Below are positions 14,425 to 26,900 of a stretch of 64,000 bases of DNA, piece by piece (position 1 is the first letter of the stretch; each line of letters starts with the position of its first letter). The DNA comes from Dimorphilus gyrociliatus (lineage: Eukaryota; Animalia; Annelida). Location: assembly GCA_904063045.1 (NCBI GenBank), contig CAJFCJ010000032.1, positions 186,001 through 250,000 of the forward strand, read 5' to 3'. The position numbers and the translations under genes were made by a program. The notes beneath the pieces are model-generated. The model was not told where the DNA came from and searched no databases. It saw only the letters and a list, made by a program, of their open reading frames with translations.

Positions 14425-17400
14425 TCAACTAGTTTGACTGAGCAACGTCTGAGAGACTTCGGAGTAAGAAAATCTGGCAGGTGCCAAACAATCAGTATGA
14501 TGATAATTAGTACCTGTATAGTCTGGCCAATCGTAGGCACTTGAACAAGTTGGCCACGATTTAACAACGGGTACTGCAATAGCACCTGATTTCTCTTTGT
14601 TCTTCGTTTGTATCACTGATGTCGCTGTTGTGGCGGACGCGGGCGATGAGTTTGAAGAAATGGACGTACATAGCGCTACAGCGTCGTCTAAACCGTTTTT
14701 CTGTTCGCAACAGGCGCTTCGAATAACTGTTGAGTGACGTTGCCGGGCGTCGTCGGCCGTAAGACCGTAATAGTTTTCGTAATGCTGTCGTCTCAGATCC
14801 AAACCATATCCATCAGTGTAAGGTGCATATCCGTAACCGTATTGGGAGGCGGAGAGAGGGTACTGTGAGTAATAGGCATTGTCGTAGACGCTCATATAAT
14901 TAGTCCTATAGATATCCGCTGTATCCAGTGGATAACTGGCATAAGGAGAATAAACCAAGTCAGACGAATAGCCGCTTGGAGGATATGGTGGGTTGTTTAT
15001 TGGAGCATACGTTGTTGGAGTTTTTCGTTTCCTACCAGTATGGAGGTATTCTTTTAGTTGTGCTTTAGGCTTTTTTGTTGTTGTTAGGGCAATATTTTTA
15101 TCATCCTCGAAAGCGTTACTCGAAGGATCCGAGTCGATTAAAGGATATGGTAATTTGAATTCGGTTCCACGTTTCGTTACTAATTCTCGTCCTTCGTCGT
15201 CTGTTAAGTGCCTGTGCGTGCACATAACATAATCGGGCTTGCTGTTCTTGTAGACAACTTTAGAACTGGATTGAAGCCAGAGCCATCTATAGTCCTTCGT
15301 TAGCATTCTATAGGCTATTAAACCGGAGCTACCGGTCTTAATCATCTCTTGATGAGCTGCAGCGTAGTAGTTGATGTCGTCGGGATGAATTAAATCGTAG
15401 CCCCCCTTATCCAAGAGATCTCTGTCTGAATAGCCAAAGAGCAACCGGCCTCTATGATCTATACTTAACGGTGCCATGTCCATTTTATGCTTTGTTTTGA
15501 AAGTGTAATCCCTAGGAGGCATATCCAGGATAGGCAGGGGTCCGAAAGGAGAACACATGGCGAATAACGCCACCTGTTGTTGATCTTCACCTCTTAAATT
15601 TTGACCAAGTAACGCTTTCATGTGGCCGGTAATTTCCAAGGTCTGAAAGTTGTGAAAAACAAGTTACATGTAGAGTTCTTTCAATTTCTCTTAATTGCTT
15701 TTTTAATAAGACGAAAATAAAGTAAAAAGAAGGAAATGAAGGAAAATTATTTTTCAAAAGTCATTAATAATTTTGTAGTCTCAATTAATTAGCGCCATCT
15801 GTTGCAAAAAAAGAACTTACGATGAAGCCGGAAGTATTATCCAGTAAACACCTAAACCGAACAGTGAACGAACGCGTCATGAGCTGGGAATTTTCGGCCT
15901 GCAAAGCATCGTGCAGAGACATGTCGTGTCGGTCAGCGGGCAATTGGGAACGCCAGTTGAGCTGACTCTTAAACGCCTCCCTATCTTCTGAATGGATCAA
16001 TTCGAGGGCGCTTTGATGTATAATGTCGGATTGGTGGAAGCCTAGATATTGTTCCACAGTTTTGGAGGCAAAGAAAACTTCGCCATCACAAGAGACAATA
16101 AAAAGGAAACCATTTAACGCTTGCAGAACACTGTCGGTTTCTGTGAAAGACGCTTCGGCTCCGCCGTAGTAGTGATGGTGGGAGGCGTACCTTTGATTTT
16201 GTAGCACAGCTGTATAGGGGAAAAAAAGAAAGCTGGTGCTAATTAATTGTATACCATAAAGTGTACATTAATACTGTAAACAGACATTTTCTTTCTTTCT
16301 GCCTGTCTGTCTTTCTTTCTTTCTTTCTTTCTTTCTCGCTTTCTTTCTTTCATTCATTTAGCTATTCATTCATTCACTCATTCATTCATTTACCCTTTTC
16401 CTCTCACAGACTACTTATCTATAACTCTCTTAACTAGTTATTTTTTAGCAGAGGATTTTTTGAGCTTAATAAACAATTACATTAAATATACACGTAAGGG
16501 AAAAACTAGGTCGTAGCGCATGCGCAGAATAGTTAAAGAGAAGAAGAAAGTGGCGAGGTCTAATTTAGGTATAAATAATTGAGTAGGTGCCTGTCACGTC
16601 ACGATAATAGACGCAGGCTGCGCCACAATAAATTATGTCGCTTCTATCTGTCACTCATACGATCGACGGAGGAAGAGAAAAAAATCAATAAAATTGGCGT
16701 GTTGTCGGCTTTTCGATGGAAAAAATAATTGATTTTAATTATACAACTTGGCTCTATATGGTGAGAGAAAAGAAAAAAAGGAAAAGAGAGAGCGAGAGGA
16801 ACGAGAGCGGCGATGCGCGTTAAACGCCTTAAATCAGAACGTCGCCAGGCCGGTCCAGTGGGAGAGAAGGCGATAAGCGACTAGTCACGCATAGATCAAA
16901 CAATTTTCAAATTTACTTCCATAGTTACCTATAAATTAAAAAAAAAGATAACTTTTTCATTATTCGCATGAGAACCTCTTGTAATTATATCGGCAAGTTT
17001 CGTTGAAGAGATTTTTTATAAGAATAACTTAAAAAATTCACACCAATAAGCAGGTACTTATAGATCTGGATATATACGTACAACCTACACTCGCAAATTG
17101 TCCTCCTCTCCCGTTCGACCTATACAAATAACAAGCAGGGCACAAAGAGAGGAGAAAGGAAAATAAAAGAAAATGGAAAGCCTGCTTATAAATGTAGGAT
17201 GAGTAGAAAGAGGGTATGAATTATTAAAAGCTCTCAGAAAATATTTCAAGCTCGACGATAGCAAAGAGAGAGAGAGAGAGAGAGACAGGTAGCGGCGGGC
17301 GTCAGAGGCGGCACACGAACAGATGTTCTTATGCTTAATTACAGCAATTAACCTGTCTTGATCCATGCATTCTTCATTAATTACTGCAAAGCCGGTCGCA

Positions 17401-20400
17401 CATATTGTATTTATATATAGTTTTATCATCTACACCAAGTCTTTGATAGAGAAAAGAGTATGTACCTAGAGTAATCAGTCAAATACTGTTCTGACATGGT
17501 GTAATTATATAGGGTAAAGCTCCGACCTACTGGGGGAAATTCGCCTTTTCACCACCACCATATACAGAGGATTTACTTTCTGCCTAACCAGATCCGGTTC
17601 CTTTCAATATTTTGACAGATTGGAGACTTTTCAGAAGCTATTTCGGACGGCTGCTTGGGTGAAAAAACCCATGGAAAGGGTTCGACTAAATCAGATAACG
17701 TTAGATATTGACTGTAGATAGGACTCAGAAGGTAACAATACGTTCCAATTCAGCGTGCTGACACTTCATTTCGAACAATCTGATAGATTGGAAAATGTGT
17801 ATGGAGGAAAAAATTACGGTTATGATTTAAATCTGTCGGTTAAAAAGAGCCCAATGGTACTATCTATCTCTAGTAGATCTCTCTTTTTTCAACTATAATT
17901 TTTACATATTCTATACGTTTTATAATAAATACATGTGTTTATACTTAATAAAGTTAAGCGTATATTATTTAATTGGCGCTTTCAAAATTTATATAAGGAA
18001 ATACTAGAAGAAATAGGAGAACTTAACGCTAATTATGCGAATGCCACCGCAGGGTTAGTTAATTCAATTAGTGAACAATAAGACAGTTTTAACGATTTCA
18101 TATAGAGGCTCATAAGTGTTGAAAAGTTTTACATGAATATGATAAATTATAAGCGGGCAGCGCGTGTGATTGATTTAAGTCTCGCCAATCAAGCGTCATT
18201 GAAGCGTCTCTGCATTACACTGGCCCGAAACGTTCACAATCAATCTTTTTATTCAATAATTCTTGTCGACGCGTTGCGTGACTCAATTCCCTTACAGATA
18301 TTCGATATTCAGGCCTATATAGACGGTATATAAGCTTACTATTTTAGTTCCCTTTGCTAACCCGTTTTTCCTTTTTTTTCCTTTATTTTTTTCATTAACT
18401 TTTTCTTATTTTCCTTCTATCAACATCATATTTATTTATGGTAGTTTTGCCTTAAATGATTAACTCGGTGGGGAGTTGCGTCGTGACCTAATTACGCTTA
18501 TTCTTTTTTCCAATTATAATACACTTTGCGAAAAAATCCACTTTGTCCTATTAAACGTAGAAAGAATTTTACTACGCACCCCTGATCTTAAACACCTTAT
18601 TGTATATACTATATATATAGTATATAGAACATAATGGTATTTCATTTAAAAATGACCGTTAATATTAATAAAAAATATTCGAGAAGGAGAGCCAATAGGA
18701 TTTTGAGTTCTTCATCTTCTATTTCAAACGGATAATTTACGCGCAAGAACATCTTCTACCTTAAATCTGGTGTTACGTGCAAATAATAATGTTGTTTAAA
18801 GCAATTTTGTTGTCAATTTGTAGAAGGTTAAAAAGAGAAAATTGCGATCGAAATCAGTAGACATACGGATGAAAGAGATCGCATTTTTTTTCTTGCCCAT
18901 ATTTATCATTTCGAATTCAAAAGAGAAAACAGTAATTTGGCTGTTGAACTATATATACAGTATATATATACTAATATATAAGAAACACCCCCCATACATC
19001 TACAACACAACATAAAACTCTTTGAAATGTCTTACTATTAAAAAAAAATAGATGATTATTAATAGACAGAGTAGTCGGGTTTTTTTTGTTGGTATTTTAG
19101 TATTTTGCATGACTTACCGAATTACACGGTAAATGAATGTTTTAACAAAATATAAAAAGAATAAATAAAGGTTGAGCTTATTAAATTTTACAACTTTTTA
19201 TGGTAGGTTTTTTCCCGATGGTTAAGCGTGTAAAGGGGAGAAAAGGGGGAGCGGGGGAAGGGGGGAAGGTATAGCGGGAAAAGAAATAGGGAAATTTAAA
19301 AAAAAGAAAAGCTTGTTTCTTTGTTTTCACAACGCAAATTCTAGTCAATTTAAACATTTCCAATCTATAGTACACTTGAACATTTTTTCTCTCACTAATT
19401 GCTCTTGGACAATATGGCCCTCGACTGTTCAATAGCCCTCAACTAAGGCACTCGAAAGCCGTTTTTTCCCGCCAACCGTTCGTCCGCGCAGTCGGTCTCT
19501 ATGACTGTTTTAACGTCTTACGTCATATACATTTTGTGACATCATCGTGCATTATGGTCAATTGCGTAACCGACATAAAGAAACGCCTTTTCGTAACAAT
19601 AAGAAGAAAAAAAATTGCGTGATCTACGGTCGCATAAAGTGACGCAGGTGACGTTCCATTCTTATCAACGCTTATCAGAACTCGTTATCGTTTCTTCTCC
19701 TTATAGTTGCGTGAGCGTTACGTTCTAAAAGCGTGTCGGATGACAACGGCCAGTCGGACAAGTGATATCGAGTAACGGTTGGGCGGAAGCCATTTTATAA
19801 ACAAGATGTAAATCATATACGCATGTACTGCATTTACTGCATTTGTTTTGCTTTGTTATTGAAAAGGATCCTAAGAGTACATCTATACTTTTCAGCACCT
19901 CTAACTATAAACGAAACAGTATCATGTATCAAAAAGTCTTGCGTTATTCCCGTCTTGTTTTCCTTATCCATTTTCACATACCTAGACTCTTTCGAAAGGA
20001 AATACAAGTATATTATCAGTTGACTTTACTGTCGAGGAATTTTGTCAACTTCCAGACGTTTTTTTAACAATAAGAGTGAATTCTTTTGTCGATTACGTTA
20101 AAAATATGATATTAATTATCATAGAACACACGTATGTATATATTATGTATACAAATGTGGCATCTGGCGTTCGTCACAAGTAGCACTTTACTTATTGTTC
20201 ACTTGACACCGACGCTTGATCTATGGATACTTTTCTGCTACAATTTGTATTTGAGAGAGGAAACGCCGTAGAGTTCACCCTCTTTCTCTCTTTTTTTTTA
20301 TTTTCTTCAACATACCCAACATGCAGCGCGATGTCGTTCGATCGGAAAAATCACCAGGAGATTACGCAACGATTATAACGCCGTTGTGAACGCGAAAACG

Positions 20401-23400
20401 CGATCGAAAGTGACGTCAGAGAGAAAAGAAGATTATGAGATGAAAATTTTTTTCTTACCGTGGAAGTAGCTTTTCGTTCGCAAGTAGGAGACGGCTAAAC
20501 GGAGAATGCTAAGCTTATCCAACTTGGAAATGACGCTTTGTTCGAATGGTAATAAGTTAGCCAAATGGTCCAATTCGGCGTTAAGACGTTCCCTATGACG
20601 TTTACTAGGGTTACTTTTCGGAGGTTCTTTAGGTGGAGGTTTGACACTGTAAAGAAAAGAGAGAAAAGTTAATGCTTTATTAATTTATTATAAAACAGAA
20701 AGAAAAAGAAGACAAGATCGATAAACAATAAGTTCAATAAGTAATTTGAAAGACAAACGAAAAAGCGAAACAACGTTTCTTTAACTTTAAATAACATGTA
20801 TATATTTCAGATATTAATACAAATATAATATTAAAATAAAAGAAAAAAAAGCTCTTTAACCTATATTCCATCTTAAGAAGACTTTCTAGGACGTCACACG
20901 ACAAGGTGACAGACTTTATAAAAAAAGAAAAGAAAAGGAGAAGGCGCCGTTCAAAACGAGGCTGACCTGCATCGAACGGCGCACGAAATGTTTCGTGAGC
21001 ATTGCCATCTGCACCACCTTTACACATGCCCTATATTTTCAGTTTACATAGACGTGTGTTCTATCAGTATTTCAGGTGCATAAAAAAGAAGTTTATGAGT
21101 AAACATGATTTATTAACGAAAAAGTTTGTTTAACGACGATATTACGTAATTTTGAGGAAGAAATTGCAAACTCTAGCTCCGTCTCATCTTTCAAATCAAG
21201 TGAAATAATACAATTGTTAATGAAAGTTAATGGACTTTTAAGTAGACATGGTCGTTATCATAGTTCGTTTATTATCAATTTAATTCATTTCGTTAAAGAA
21301 AATTGAACTTGACGTTTCGCTAAGGCCTCAAAAAAGGAAAAAAGTTAAAAGGCAACAAAAAAAAAGATCTTTTTTTTTTAGGCGTCTCCTCACTAATAGA
21401 GAAAATCCAATAGCTTTGTTCTCCTGAGAACACTCGATTCTGAAGAGAATTGAAGAGCCGAGGGAGAATTTTGCTAATTTACTTATATTCATTAAAATGG
21501 TTGTATTAAAAAAGAAAGGAAAAAGTAATAAAGAAATTAAATAAATAAAAAAGAAGGAAAGAAAGATAAGAATTAATAGAAAACCAGAAAATGATGAAGA
21601 GAAGAATAGGTATTAGATTCAAGAACGGAAATAATTTTTCAAACTCTCTAAACTGCCTGTGGCAGGAGCTATTTGAATCAGTGTGACAAATATACAGTTT
21701 TCAGTATAGAAAAGTGACGTTTGAATTGAGATTGTCGAACAAGATATTCTCGGCTGAGAAGGTTTTCGAAATAACTTACAGGCTCGACCATATATACATA
21801 TATATATACTGTATGTAGTACATAAGGGTATTCCTAAACAAATGAGTACACAAATGCTTAAATGCGCTATGTATATAGAATAGTATATATATAAGACTAC
21901 CTATAGGCATAATCTCACATGTATTTATACGCTTGTAGAAAAAAAAGATAAAAAAGTTAGGGAAGTGACGAAAAAAAAGACTTTAGATCAATTTTTTTTA
22001 CCTGGTTTGTTGTTGATAGAATATTGGTGGAAAATTCGACGGTCGGACGGTATGCATGGCGTATCCGAAAATGACGCCCCACCTCTCGAATTTTTTGACC
22101 ATACGGCTGACCATGTGACGCCAGCCAATGAACACTCGGCGTTTTTTCTCTACATAAAATTGTTACGGAGAAAGGAAACGCACGGGTCGGTAACAAAGCT
22201 TCAAAGAACTTGTGCCAGTATGAATATAACGCGTTAGAGAGTAATTAGTGAAAGAAACGCGTGCCATAGGAGAAGCCGAATAAAAGGAAAAAGTTTGTCA
22301 ACATTCGTTAAAATCTGATTCTCCTCCTCTGTCGCTCTCTCCCTCCCTCTCTCTTTCTAATTTTTTAAGGAAACTAGCTGTGTCCCTAAGTATGGGCGTA
22401 TTCTCCCTATTGTATATGGCCCCAAAGTTTTTTAAGCGAAAGAGGGTACAAGTTTAATTGTTAACGCCAGTTTCGTGGTTATATAAGTGGCGGGAAGCCT
22501 TGGAAGGGACGTCACAGTTTACAACTTGGTACGAAAAGGTATAACAATGAAAAAAAAAGAGGTGAGATTGAGTTAGTTGAATCATAAAATTGTAAAATGA
22601 GAGGATTTTATGCTTTTTTTTGTCTCTTTTATATTTTTTCGTTCACCGTTTTAAAAGTAGACAACAATTTTTTTTGTTGTTTATCTTTTTCCTTCTTCTC
22701 TCGTTTCTGTACTTTTAAACGTAAGATAAAGGAAGAGAGAGAAAGAGATAGATAGACAGATAGAGAGAGAGGACAGATACTTAGAAAGAAACGGAGACAG
22801 GGAGAAAAGAAGGTAAAAAAAAAATACCTGCCGTTTACTATGCATAAATATTTCATACATGATTTAGTCGCGTGATTCGACCACGTGACAGCTTGATAGA
22901 GGAATTAAATGAATTTTTATTAAAAAAATATATTCGAAAATTAGGTGGACTGGTTAGGGACCGTTATAATTGAAGATGATATCGTTTACGAGACTTTGAC
23001 ACTCGACCCATCTTTACATTTTCACCTTCAATTAGTTGTGATTGAGAAATCAACGGGAATTATATAATGTTTGCAGCGCCACCGTCATTCATTCGGCTGC
23101 GTACAGATGCACCTCCCAAGCTCGTGTTCACCCGACTAGAAGATGGATTTTGACAAGAAAATCAGTCGACACTTCGCGCTATTACACAGCGAATTGAACA
23201 GAATGAAAAGGAGAATATACTCCCTGCCTGCGTCGCACTCTCCTCTTCCTTATCGTCCCTACAAGCTTGACCTTTCTGGACGACACGGCGATAAACACTG
23301 CCAATATTCCTTTAGTTTCCACGCGGCTTTCGTAAGCCGATTAGTCGGCAGGAAATGATCACGCGGAAAAAATCTGCGCATACCATCGCTCGGACTTTCT

Positions 23401-23979
23401 CTTACCACAAAGCGGGATTATCTACAGTTTTTTTTTTATACCTTTCTATTTCGGTTCCTTATCAGACAATCCTAATTAAGGAAGAGGAGGGAGGAAGGGA
23501 GGGGGGAAAGAAGAGTATAGACCTTTATCTCTACTTATTGGATAAATCTAGGATACATTGTATGTTGTATATAGATTAATATTTTTTTATCCATCAACTG
23601 CAAGCTGACTCTCTACCGCTTCTCTTGCTTAATCAGTCGACTGCAAGAGAAATTAAGCTCGGACAATCTGACATATCCATAATATACTTATTTATACACC
23701 ATTAGAAGTTCTATAAAAGTCTAAATACTGTTTACACTGTGTACTGGATTGGTATACAAACATGCGCAAAAACAGTAAAACTATCAACTGCAAAAAAATT
23801 CCTACAATCAAGTTGATTGGTGAAATTTAGGGGTTTGCGGTGCAAGATAATAGCTAGACGTAACTCGAAATGTCCTTTCTAGGTGTTTGAAGTCGGAAAA
23901 CACGCAAATATGTATTGTTGCAGTCGGCGGAAGAAACTGACCTTTTAACGCTGCGTCTTCTACGCTTCGTTGCGTACAT
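14425..23979 (-). CDS. AHR: Aryl hydrocarbon receptor (spineless/ahr-1 ortholog), 4 exons (23979-23942, 20646-20459, 16209-15821, 15642-14425)
   Basis: Exon 1 [12 protein letters not shown]. Exon 2 is the b[55 protein letters not shown], absent from the ORF track. Exon 3 is PAS-A (LQALNGF...[12 protein letters not shown]). Exon 4 is PAS-B (FKTKHKMD...[10 protein letters not shown]...[11 protein letters not shown]...[10 protein letters not shown]) plus a Tyr-rich tail. Phases 2/1/0 are all consistent. Confidence 0.97.
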
Positions 23980-26900
23980 TGTGTCCGTAAAGGAGAACAC
24001 CCGCTGCGAACTAGTCCTTCTCTCCGATAAGCTCCGCTCGCACTGTCCGAATTCGCTTCTCGGTTTTATTCTCCGCCCACCCGACTTGTCAATCAAACAA
24101 CCTCTAGCGACCTCTAGAAAGAGCTACAAAATTTATATACTTTATAATACCAATTCTCATACCACCTTCCCAACGTTAAACGGTTCTTTTTTATATATAT
24201 TTTCACCAGCCTGCAGGCCTATGATTCAGTTTTTTTTTTATATAGAGCATATATCAACAATAAAGCACAGAAGAGACTGTCTGATAACTAATTGTTGTAG
24301 TGTACATTATTAAAGGGTCTATTCCAATTCTCTACTACTTCAGTCCTTTTTCTTGTACGAATTGATTATATACGTCGAATTTAGCTGAAATAAACCAGTT
24401 ATTTATCATAATAATTATTACTTTTATTATTATTATTAAGATAATGAGCATAAGAGTTATGGGAAAGGTAGAAGTGGGAAAAGAATATAGATTATCCTCT
24501 AATTATTTACATTTTCTGAGAAGGGGGAGAGAGGAGAGAGAGAGAGAGAGAAAGGAAAGTCTTTTAAAGAGTAAATGCAGAAAAGTTCACAAGTTGTTAC
24601 GAATTTATGCAAAAGTATAAATTGGGCAGAGGTGAAACGAAGTGTATAACGTAAGGTACACTTGGAAAAGTTAGATCGTGATAATTTGATTGCGGGTAGG
24701 AAGATGGCGGCCAAAGGCAATATAAGCCGACGATATCGGGTGTTAGGCAGCTCTTTGCTTGATTGAATTCCCGCTGCTTTCGGTATGCGAGCGGTTTTGA
24801 ACAGGATGCGAACGAAATTATAGCCAATTCGTCGAGGCAATATAAAATTTTTCAAGCAGCTGCTGCCGCCATTTTCTTTCATCTTTACGGTGTACGCATC
24901 TGCATATATATCTGGAAAAATCACTTCAATCGGTTGCTCCGCCGCAAATCTGCAAAAATTGCTCGCGTGTCAAATCGTCAAATAAGCTTTGACTTTTATC
25001 TAGTTAAAGATTTATCTATAAGCTCTGTCATCCTATTCATTTGGTTTGCTTTTGAAGTGACCGCCGCCGTCTCGAGTCATTTTAAGTATAAATTTCGTAA
25101 AGGCTTGTTGAAACAGACGACGAGAATGACGTCGAGAGCAAGTATCCGAATGGTACTCTATGTACAATATGTACTTATATTTTTTTCTCTACTTGATATG
25201 CACCATCGTTACATTGTATAAAGAAGGCTCAGCTGCACAATTGCTGCATGCATTTTATATAGTTTTGCCTCAGGCATAATCCATTACAATTCAAAATTGT
25301 CAATATTCATGATACGCAAATGTGGCTGTTGTTTTAAGCCAATCGGTAGTTCGTTTATACTAACAGTTATAGGTAATTAGCTAACGAGATGAGAGGGACA
25401 AGAAAAATTGAAATTATTCCGTGATTATAAAGCTCATTAATTCCACTTTGTACGGTGTTATTTGCTTATCCTTTGGGAACAATAACATTGTATAAATGTA
25501 TATATTTAATCCTTTCTTGTGCTTTCAATACCGGTACTTATACCAGTCCCAAGTAGCGATGATATTTAACGTTCGTTCAACTTTAACCTTTTTATTTTTA
25601 AAATTCGTATAACTCTTTTATTATGGAAATTAGCGGAAGGACGACTGACCGTTGAATTTTGCAGTCAGCGCGTCAAATGTCAGCAATCTTGATGTCAACT
25701 CTTTCAATTGCTTAATCGTTCAAAGTTTATAAACGATAAATACAGGTTACATGTAGGGAGAGTATAACAAATGCGACGCTTCGACGCCGTAAAAAGTTTT
25801 TTTATGTGAAAAAAAATTGTGCGTGCGACAGCATCTAGTGGCGGCGTCGAATATCAGTAAACAGCAAAGTGCCCGTCTTACAAATTGCTTCACAAATGGT
25901 AACGTACGAGGCCGACTGTTTATGTATAAAAAAACTCGCCGCCGGGCAAACATCAAAGTGGTAAAGCGTCGTCGGTGGCCGCCATCAGAGATTTGCAGTA
26001 GATGTGATTGCACATGTTGAGGAGAAACGACTTTTAAAAACAACGCCCCTTAATAACTGTTGTTTGTTTAAGGCAAAAAAAACATGGCGACCGTTCGGTC
26101 GTTTTTCATCATGATCGTGTATGTAGCGCACTTTACCTGCGTAACAACATTAATTTGCAGTCGACGACGAGACCGAAAGCTTGTTAAATTCGATTTGTGC
26201 ATGTAAAGTTTACGTACAATAAAACTGTCGTGAGCTAACAACAGATGCTTTTGAGGAGGTAGCAATGTATTTATATAAATTTATTTTTTCACTTTTCAAC
26301 ACCTAATCTATTTTAAATAGAAATTTATACTCTCTTTACAAACACAATATAAATATCCTTTATCTTGATAAATAAAGGCCATACAGCAAATTTTCTACAT
26401 AATTTATTACTTATTTGCAGTTTGGAAAGTATGCTTTTGTAAATTATGAAAATGACTGCAATAATTTCTATCAGATATAAAAAATTATCTGCGACTGTTA
26501 AATAGACTTTGAAAGGGATAAAAAGAAAACGAACGTCTCCCACTCGACATTTGCACTCGCTTTTTAAGCTAGACTAAGAAAGTAAGAGGAAGACATATAG
26601 CCGCTGACCCTTCACCCTCATCAGCACTGGCGACACTGGGGAAGGAGGAGTGATGGATTGGGAGTAAATGGAGTAGGACTTGTATCGCTTACCCATCTCC
26701 GTCGGAAACTTCAAAGGAAGACTAAAAAAAAATTATTTTTTTCCCCTTTCCTATAAAAGTGCTGGGTGTGCGGGCGTTGCAGCTTGTTATATTCGGTGCT
26801 GTAGACGCTTCTCAGCACGACTTCTTCTGGCTCCATTACGCTCGTCACAACAAGCGTCACTAGAACTTCCGTTCGACCGTCATTAGGCGTTGCCCATTAC

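Noticed and set aside
15180-15510. AHR PAS-B differences from the vertebrate ligand pocket
   Set aside because: The pattern (GGYDL, CTHR) is the ordinary invertebrate spineless-like state.
17510-17810. Complex-looking sequence in AHR intron 2 as a cassette exon
   Set aside because: Inclusion in the required phase gives an immediate stop codon.
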